Source: Candidatus Zhuqueibacterota bacterium (GTDB lineage Bacteria; BS750m-G25). From it: 33,188 nt of DNA. The notes beneath the pieces are model-generated. The model did no database searches. It was not told the DNA's origin and worked only from the letters and a program-made list of their open reading frames with translations. This document shows positions 27,558-33,188 of this stretch, one piece after another. The position numbers and the translations under genes are program-made. The stretch lies in assembly GCA_016783505.1 (NCBI GenBank), contig JADHWK010000023.1:1-33188 (forward strand). Direction: 5' to 3'. Position 1 is the first letter of the stretch, and the number at the start of each line of letters is the position of its first letter.

Positions 27558-27682
27558 ATTAGGATACATAAAAATTGTAAATAGTTCTGCTGAGCCTTGC
27601 CGAACCTGACCCTACAAGGCAGGGCCATTGATTCCCATTTCATCAAAGGTTGTTTAATGCCTGTGCGCTACCGGTGAAAATA

Positions 27683-28330
27683 ATGATTGTACTATTAACA
27701 CTGTTGACGATAGTTACAGCGTCTTTACACATTCACGCTGAATATCAGGGTCCACGATATCACGTCTACTTGTTCAAACCACTGACCATGGTTTTCATCC
27801 TGCTTATTGCTATACAAGTAGGACAAAATGATGGTTCACTTTACAAATATGCAATTGTAGTCGGCCTGGTCTGTTCCTTGGCCGGGGATGTGTTTTTGAT
27901 GCTTCCATCAGATAGATTCATCGCTGGGCTCATCAGTTTTTTTATCGTTCATATTTTATACATAACGGCGTTTACATCCGGGATTGGCTTAAGTTACTCG
28001 TGGTGGTTATTGCCTCCTTTCGTTATTTGTGGTATTTTCATGTTCTTCATCCTTTCACCGTACCTTGGTAAACTGACGCTGCCCGTCCTGGTGTATGTAG
28101 TGGTGATTTTGGTCATGGCATGGCAGGCATGGGAGCGATGGAACTATATTGGGCAAAGTAAAGCATTACTGGCTTCCTTTGGAGCAGTGTTATTTCTCAT
28201 TTCGGATTCAGCACTGGCCCTTAACCGTTTTCGAGGACAATATATAAGTGCTCGAGCTTTGACCTTGAGTACCTATTTTGCTGCACAATGGTTGATTGCT
28301 CTCTCAGTTGGTCAGCAACCATTACAGTAA
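27683..28330 (+). CDS. YhhN-family lysoplasmalogenase-like membrane protein
   Basis: FKPL, SLAGDVFLM, FIAGL.SF...H..Y, LFLISDS.LA..RF, TYFAAQ. Confidence 0.9.
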   Translation: MIVLLTLLTIVTASLHIHAEYQGPRYHVYLFKPLTMVFILLIAIQVGQNDGSLYKYAIVVGLVCSLAGDVFLMLPSDRFIAGLISFFIVHILYITAFTSGIGLSYSWWLLPPFVICGIFMFFILSPYLGKLTLPVLVYVVVILVMAWQAWERWNYIGQSKALLASFGAVLFLISDSALALNRFRGQYISARALTLSTYFAAQWLIALSVGQQPLQ

Positions 28331-28495
28331 TAAAATATTTCCAGAGATACTGAGTTTCTCACTTGATATGATTTAGGGATATCATGGGAGCGTTATATTT
28401 CAAGAAGCAAAAGTCACCGATCTTCACAGCTAGCCAACTGTACTATCCATCAGGCTTATTGGATTGATCATAATATCTATGTCTTTTTTACTCAG

Positions 28496-28529
28496 GTCTA
28501 ACACCGCATTTGATACGTGGTCGTTACGG
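28496..28529 (+). mobile_element. possible collapsed attC relic
   Basis: GTCTAAC-ACCGC-ATT|TGAT-ACGTGGTC-GTTACGG: both outer boxes present, inner stem absent. Confidence 0.3.
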
Positions 28530-28702
28530 TTTTGGATGTAAATCAAACGCATTCAAGAATAGTAGGAGAAAAATGAGGGGAATAGCACCTGGACGTAATT
28601 CCAACCAAAGTGCCTCCTGAGGTAGGGATTTAATAAGAATCCCTATCAAAAGTAAAAGGTGAAAGGAAATCAAGGCAAATCTTAAGTGAAGGGAGTATTA
28701 AA

Positions 28703-28948
28703 ATGATTTTTGCAATTTGTTTGATCGTGGTGGGGGTCGTCTTTTTGCTGAAAAATGTCGGGGTTATCACCGGGGATGCCTGGGACATCATCTGGCCACT
28801 GCTCATAATCTACCTCGGTCTCTCCATGATCATCCGTAGAAAAAACCCCGAATCTAAGTGGGGGTGGTGCTGGCCCCGGATGTGTTATGACGAGGAACGA
28901 TCCAGAGAATTTCATAGAAAAATGGGAACCAAGGAGGATGAGAAGTGA
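28703..28948 (+). CDS. small LiaF/DUF5668-like membrane protein
   Basis: LIVVGVVFLLKNVG...WDIIWPLLIIYLGL; GGGAG SD. Confidence 0.65.
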   Translation: MIFAICLIVVGVVFLLKNVGVITGDAWDIIWPLLIIYLGLSMIIRRKNPESKWGWCWPRMCYDEERSREFHRKMGTKEDEK

Positions 28949-29098
28949 TATAGGAGACATAAAATAGAAAAATATACATAGGAATTAGACTGAAAACAAC
29001 CCTGAAATGATTCCGCAGGATGCTGAATTGCCAACACGTGCGGGATTACAGGGGAGGGATGGTTCAAGGCAAAGGGCAAATTTTATGTCGCTGTGGCT

Positions 29099-29122
29099 GG
29101 CGGTTAACCTTTACAGTTAGGC
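29099..29122 (+). mobile_element. right half of an attC site
   Basis: GGCGGTTAACCTTTACA-GTTAGGC; no complementary left arm found. Confidence 0.35.
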
Positions 29123-29152
29123 GGTTTATTTAACATGTATGTCATTACAGTT

Positions 29153-29220
29153 GGAATTACTGAAATGACGATATAATAGTGCCGTCCCTTAGATTCGGGA
29201 TAACATCATTGACGAGCATG
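29153..29220. repeat. ~70-bp dispersed repeat, copy 2
   Basis: aligns with 22884-22958 and is 7 bp shorter. Confidence 0.6.
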
Positions 29221-29276
29221 ACGTTTGTCATCGGTGGTAACCCGTGGAATTGCAAGGTCCCGAAAGGAGCAAACCG

Positions 29277-29627
29277 ATGTTTAGTGGATTACTGCTTAAA
29301 GAAAGTCTAAAAGAAGCCAGCGTCCTGGATGTGATTCGGGTTACCAAGATAGAAAAGTGGGATGTTGATAACACCGCTGATTTTCAACCCAAAACTTGGA
29401 CCGCAATTTTTTTCGAAGGGGATGAAAGTCAAGTTGATAATACAGCGGAGAAATTGAGTCAATCACTCAAGCCACGCTGGTATGCCAATATCTCCACCGT
29501 GAACAACGAGTATGTAATCTTTCCCAACAAAGTTTTTAAGTATACAAAAGGGGATAAGCAAAAGATAACGGAAGCGGTAAAATATGGTCTATCGTTAGGT
29601 ATTCCCGACCACCAGCTCGATTGGTAA
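29277..29627 (+). CDS. hypothetical protein
   Basis: AGGAG SD; compact ORF with GLLLKESL...WYA...YG...GIP.HQLDW. Confidence 0.7.
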   Translation: MFSGLLLKESLKEASVLDVIRVTKIEKWDVDNTADFQPKTWTAIFFEGDESQVDNTAEKLSQSLKPRWYANISTVNNEYVIFPNKVFKYTKGDKQKITEAVKYGLSLGIPDHQLDW

Positions 29628-29676
29628 GAATAAAGCTTTGAATTCTGTTATCCTAAATTTGTCTAGCTTTGATACT

Positions 29677-30461
29677 ATGGGTAATATTCAGGACATGCAG
29701 CATCATTTTGAGCGTGTGGCTTCGGTGTATGCCCAAGTTCGCCACACCGATCCTGGCGTCATCGAAGCGATAATCACCCACTTGCCACGCGATAATCGTT
29801 TAGTTAATGTAGCTGACCTCGGCTGCGGACCGGGACGCTATTCAGAAATCATTGTGGCACGACTCGATAGTAATCTAAGGCTTTTATGTTGCGATAATTC
29901 TGGAGCCATGCTAGCGGAATGCTGCAGACCTATGAGTAGGAAGTTCCCTTCTAAGCATATCCGCTACTGTCTCGCCAATGCCAACGACCTACCTTTCGCC
30001 GATGGCTGCTTCAATGCTGTCACCACCTTCAATGCGGTTCACCATTTCGATCTTGATTGTTTTATTGCAGGAGCAGCACGCATTTTGTGCCGTGACGGAC
30101 TTTTGTCCATCTGTACCCGCACACCCGAGCAGAATGCCCGCATTGTGTGAGGAAAGTATTTCCATAGGTTTATTTAATACGAAACCAGATTGTACCGGCG
30201 TGAACACCTTGAAGAGGCGATCGGTGGTACATTGGAACTGCAATTGGTAGGTATACAGGTATTCAAGCATGTGCGGACGGAGTTGGTGAAGTCACTGTTG
30301 AAGCGAGGCCGCAATTTCCACTATTCAACGTTTGCACTTTATTCTGGTGAGGAATTTGACCGGGTGATGGTGACATTCGCTAAGTGAATGACCGACATCA
30401 GCAACAAAGGCATGATCGAATTACCTCCAGGAACACACTGGTATTAGCGCAGCGAATATAA
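29677..30461 (+). pseudogene. class I SAM methyltransferase pseudogene
   Basis: ADLGCGPG and LPFADGCF..V..FNAVHHF motifs; in-frame stops TGA 30148, TAA 30175, TGA 30385 and a late frameshift; ORF 30190-30387 is in the same frame. Confidence 0.8.
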
Positions 30462-30565
30462 AGATTTACTGGGCCGATCCAGAAAATGGTGAAACACCTG
30501 CAGTTGTCTTTACGGACACGTAGATGTTTTGACCCTTTTTTAATATACCCCCTCAACCTTTTTTA

Positions 30566-30592
30566 GGAACTTTTCCTTTTATCTATCGTTAA
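30566..30592 (+). promoter_or_regulatory. ECF sigma-type promoter
   Basis: GGAAC-16 bp-CGTTAA upstream of AGGAGGAG SD. Confidence 0.6.
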
Positions 30593-30625
30593 AATTTAGT
30601 AGAAATAGGGAAAAAGGAGGAGAAA

Positions 30626-31543
30626 ATGAAGCCTTTAAAAATTCGTCCGGTGCCAGTGGGATTTATTTTATTGATCTTTTTGGCGGTTGGGCCAGGATAC
30701 GGACAGGGGATGGGGGCTTACGCCGCCGTGGGTGACGGGGACAAGGTGGGATGGCTGGGTGTTTATCTGGATAATCTCACCCCTGAAATTAAGGAATCCT
30801 TAGATTATGGGGGCAAATATGGGGTGTTGGTTGAGGAAGTGGCAAAGGATAGCCCTGCTGAGGAAGCCGGTATCGAGGACGGGGATATTATCGTGGAATG
30901 GGATGGAAAAACGGTCAAAAACATTTATAAACTTAAGCGGTGGATCCGGGAGGGAAAAGCCGGGGACAAGATGACCGTAAAAATCTTTCGGGACGGTGAA
31001 GAAAAGGTTCTTGAGGTTGAGGTCGGGGGAAGGCCGTGGGGACCGCCGGGGTTGGGATTTTTCCGTTGGGGGCCGGAGGGATTTTTCGAAATGGCCAAAG
31101 AGGAGCGGGCCTGGCTGGGGGTTAGATTACAGGATTTAACGGATCAATTAGGGAAATACTTCGGGGTAAAAGACGGAAAGGGTGCCCTGATATCTGAAGT
31201 GTTAGAAGATAGCCCAGCAGAGGAGGCGGGTCTTAAGGCCGGGGATGTGGTGATTCAATGGGATGACGAGAAAATAGAAGATGCCCAAGGGCTTCGAAGT
31301 TGGGTGCGGGAAGCCGGGGTGGGCGATGAAATAACCCTGTTGGTAAAACGGAATAGGAAAAAAAAGAAATTCAAAGTGAAACTGGCCGAAGCACCAGAAA
31401 AATACAAAACCTGGGATTTCCCAATCTTTGGTCCCCAAAAATGGAAATATTTCTATTATCCTGATTATCCTGAGCGAAAAGGGCCTTTTAGGTGGTATTA
31501 TCGCTGGGGACCTGACTGTGAGGAGGAGGATTTTGATCTTTAA
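30626..31543 (+). CDS. secreted tandem-PDZ protein without a protease domain
   Basis: signal peptide; two repeats of WLGV.L..LT......G.L..EV..DSPAEEAG...GD.....D. Confidence 0.85.
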   Translation: MKPLKIRPVPVGFILLIFLAVGPGYGQGMGAYAAVGDGDKVGWLGVYLDNLTPEIKESLDYGGKYGVLVEEVAKDSPAEEAGIEDGDIIVEWDGKTVKNIYKLKRWIREGKAGDKMTVKIFRDGEEKVLEVEVGGRPWGPPGLGFFRWGPEGFFEMAKEERAWLGVRLQDLTDQLGKYFGVKDGKGALISEVLEDSPAEEAGLKAGDVVIQWDDEKIEDAQGLRSWVREAGVGDEITLLVKRNRKKKKFKVKLAEAPEKYKTWDFPIFGPQKWKYFYYPDYPERKGPFRWYYRWGPDCEEEDFDL

Positions 31544-31586
31544 ATAATGACTGCCGATTTCTTGGAAATTCTAGGATATTTTTTCT

Positions 31587-31620
31587 AAAGCCGTAGACTT
31601 GGTGAGCCTACGGCTTTTTT
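31587..31620 (+). terminator. intrinsic terminator
   Basis: AAAGCCGTAG...CTACGGCTTT plus T-tract. Confidence 0.8.
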
Positions 31621-31646
31621 ATGGTTGACTAAAAATAACCTATGTC

Positions 31647-31680
31647 TGCCCATATGACACCATGCAATGCCCATACGACA
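31647..31680 (+). promoter_or_regulatory. putative bacterial enhancer (bEBP binding sites)
   Basis: TGCCCATATGACA / TGCCCATACGACA direct repeat with a 21-bp period, upstream of the sigma54 site. Confidence 0.5.
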
Positions 31681-31722
31681 GACTTGGGGACAGGGAAAGG
31701 GGAATTTATTTATGAATTTTTT

Positions 31723-31737
31723 TGGCACGATGATTGC
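31723..31737 (+). promoter_or_regulatory. sigma54 (-24/-12) promoter
   Basis: TGGCAC-GATGA-TTGC, matching TGGCAC-N5-TTGC. Confidence 0.8.
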
Positions 31738-31802
31738 CTATTTAAATAACGAAATTTGGGAAAAAGAAAAAATTCATGGAAATTAAGGAAAGGAGGTCTA
31801 AA

Positions 31803-32228
31803 ATGACGTTAGTCAAATGGCAACCGACCAGATCGCTGTTCAGGCCCAGTTTCTTTTTCGATGACCTTTTTGGTTTGAATCGGCCCTTTTTTGACAGGGA
31901 CTTCAGTCCCAGGATGGACATCGTGGAGAAGAAAAACGATTTCGTCCTCAGTGCCGAGCTGCCCGGTGTGAACAAGGAAGATGTAAAGGTTACTGTCGAA
32001 GATGATATGCTGACGATCAAGGGCGAGAAGAAAATTGAGAAGGTTAACGATGAAGGGAATTTTTACCATGCTGAGCGGGCTTACGGCAGTTTCTGCCGCA
32101 GTTTCAGGCTGGGTGAAGAGGTGTTAAGGGACAAGATTAAGGCTCAGTTCAAGGACGGGGTGTTAACTGTTAATCTTCCCAAGGCCAAGGTCGTTGAGCC
32201 CAAGGCGATCAAAATTTCCGTCAACTGA
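31803..32228 (+). CDS. Hsp20/alpha-crystallin small heat-shock protein
   Basis: PRMDI.E, AELPGV.KEDV, LTIKGEK, ER.YGSF.RSF.L, A.FKDGVL.V.LPK; AGGAGG SD. Confidence 0.95.
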   Translation: MTLVKWQPTRSLFRPSFFFDDLFGLNRPFFDRDFSPRMDIVEKKNDFVLSAELPGVNKEDVKVTVEDDMLTIKGEKKIEKVNDEGNFYHAERAYGSFCRSFRLGEEVLRDKIKAQFKDGVLTVNLPKAKVVEPKAIKISVN

Positions 32229-32271
32229 AACCCGCAGATATTATCAACGGGGTGAAAAGCGGTTTTCTAAC

Positions 32272-32304
32272 AAAAGCCGGAAGCTTTATGTTTCCGGCTT
32301 TTTT
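32272..32304 (+). terminator. intrinsic terminator
   Basis: AAAAGCCGGAA...TTCCGGCTTTT plus T-tract. Confidence 0.85.
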
Positions 32305-32315
32305 ATTTTTAATAC

Positions 32316-32344
32316 TTGACATTGTTATAAAATTTTTGTATAAT
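32316..32344 (+). promoter_or_regulatory. consensus sigma70 promoter
   Basis: TTGACA-17 bp-TATAAT. Confidence 0.8.
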
Positions 32345-32352
32345 ATTTAATA

Positions 32353-32910
32353 ATGAAAAAAATCTACTATTCATTTTGCCAAACCCCTCTTGGGGAGGTT
32401 CTTTTGGTATTCACCCCACGGGGGTTATGTCGGTTGGCTTTGCCTCATGAACCGGCGGATGGTGTCTTAGTTTCCATAAAGAAGACCTATGGGGACTATC
32501 ATCTAATTGAAGATAGCACAAAATATAATGGGGTAAAGATCGAACTGGAACGTTATTTTGGTGGCGAGTTAAAGAAATTCTCATGTCCCCTTGATCCTTC
32601 GGGAACCCCTTTCCAGCAGAAGGTCTGGAAAGTCCTGAGGATGATTCCCTTTGGCCAAACCCGATCCTATGGGGAGGTGGCCCTTAAGATCGGGAAACCA
32701 GGGGCGGCGCGGGCGGTGGGATCGGCCTGTGCCCGAAATCCCATCCCCATCCTGGTGTCCTGTCATCGGGTGGTGGGTAAGGACGGCTCTCTTGTCGGCT
32801 ATGGCGGGGGGTTAAGAATTAAGAAATATCTTCTTGAGCTTGAAAAAGAAAGGGCAGGGGAGCAGGGGGGTTGTACTGATTGTTTAGGAATTTCTAAAAA
32901 AGGGCTTTAA
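32353..32910 (+). CDS. ogt: methylated-DNA-[protein]-cysteine S-methyltransferase
   Basis: GTPFQQKVW..L..IPFG.T.SYG, ARAVG.A..RNP.PILVSCHRVV, GYGGGL..K..LL.LE. Confidence 0.9.
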   Translation: MKKIYYSFCQTPLGEVLLVFTPRGLCRLALPHEPADGVLVSIKKTYGDYHLIEDSTKYNGVKIELERYFGGELKKFSCPLDPSGTPFQQKVWKVLRMIPFGQTRSYGEVALKIGKPGAARAVGSACARNPIPILVSCHRVVGKDGSLVGYGGGLRIKKYLLELEKERAGEQGGCTDCLGISKKGL

Positions 32911-32915
32911 AGTAG

Positions 32916-33061
32916 ATCAGAATATCAACAAATTAATAGTAAGAAAATCAGATTATCAGTGTATCAGATTTTATCCTGATGTTCCGATTCACTGATCTTC
33001 CGACTGATATCCTGATCACCTGATATACTTATTTCCATCATTCCACCATTCCATTATTCCA
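32916..33061. repeat. short tandem repeat tracts with ~8-bp period
   Basis: ATCAG-containing units followed by complementary CTGAT units, then TTCCATCA/TTCCACCA/TTCCATTA. Confidence 0.6.
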
Positions 33062-33188
33062 GTTGTCCCGAACCTTTCGGAAAGATCTTGGGACGGGTCT
33101 GAGTTCTAACTGTCGGAACATTTGAATGGTTTTGGATGACAAAACAGCAATCATATCGTTAGTTCAGGAGGAAGAATGAAACGAATTT

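Noticed and set aside
30148-30150. In-frame TGA in the methyltransferase as selenocysteine
   Set aside because: A TAA follows nine codons later, with another TGA and a frameshift; the context (IV*GKYF) fits Trp-to-stop decay
1-33188. Integron integrase or transposase gene
   Set aside because: No ORF shows tyrosine-recombinase (R...HxxR...Y), DDE or HUH motifs

Overview
Bacterial chromosomal window, probably from an anaerobe (selA/selB, flavodiiron protein, multiheme cytochrome); the DjlA type hints at the FCB group, which is an inference. A GC-rich backbone is interrupted by AT-richer accessory DNA. The backbone comprises a Clp1-like kinase, an M29 aminopeptidase and PqqD/OPT on the minus strand, then TlpA, an UshA-like tetraheme cytochrome, mgtC, selA, djlA, selB, amrS and finally a PDZ protein, hsp20 and ogt on the plus strand. 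The main signal the ORF track does not explain is an integron-type gene-cassette array with no integrase in the window. It runs from about 16.9 to 22.7 kb and decays out to about 30.5 kb. It has four recognisable attC hairpins, matching core sites at cassette ends, and a duplicated non-hairpin ~95-bp module that ends exactly at a cassette crossover GTT and may be a compact promoter+attI platform. A second, minus-strand cassette relic lies at 2.3-4.5 kb. Other observations: a ~155-bp MITE-like repeat in two copies; a 16-18-bp palindrome family with a filled/empty-site pair and an in-frame copy in selA; a TlpA + CxC-UshA-like/cytochrome module beside the Sec machinery; a possible peptidoglycan-recycling trio; and clear ECF, sigma54 and sigma70 promoter motifs. 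No tRNA, rRNA, CRISPR array or transposase was found. Protein family calls come from motif recognition only, without database searches.
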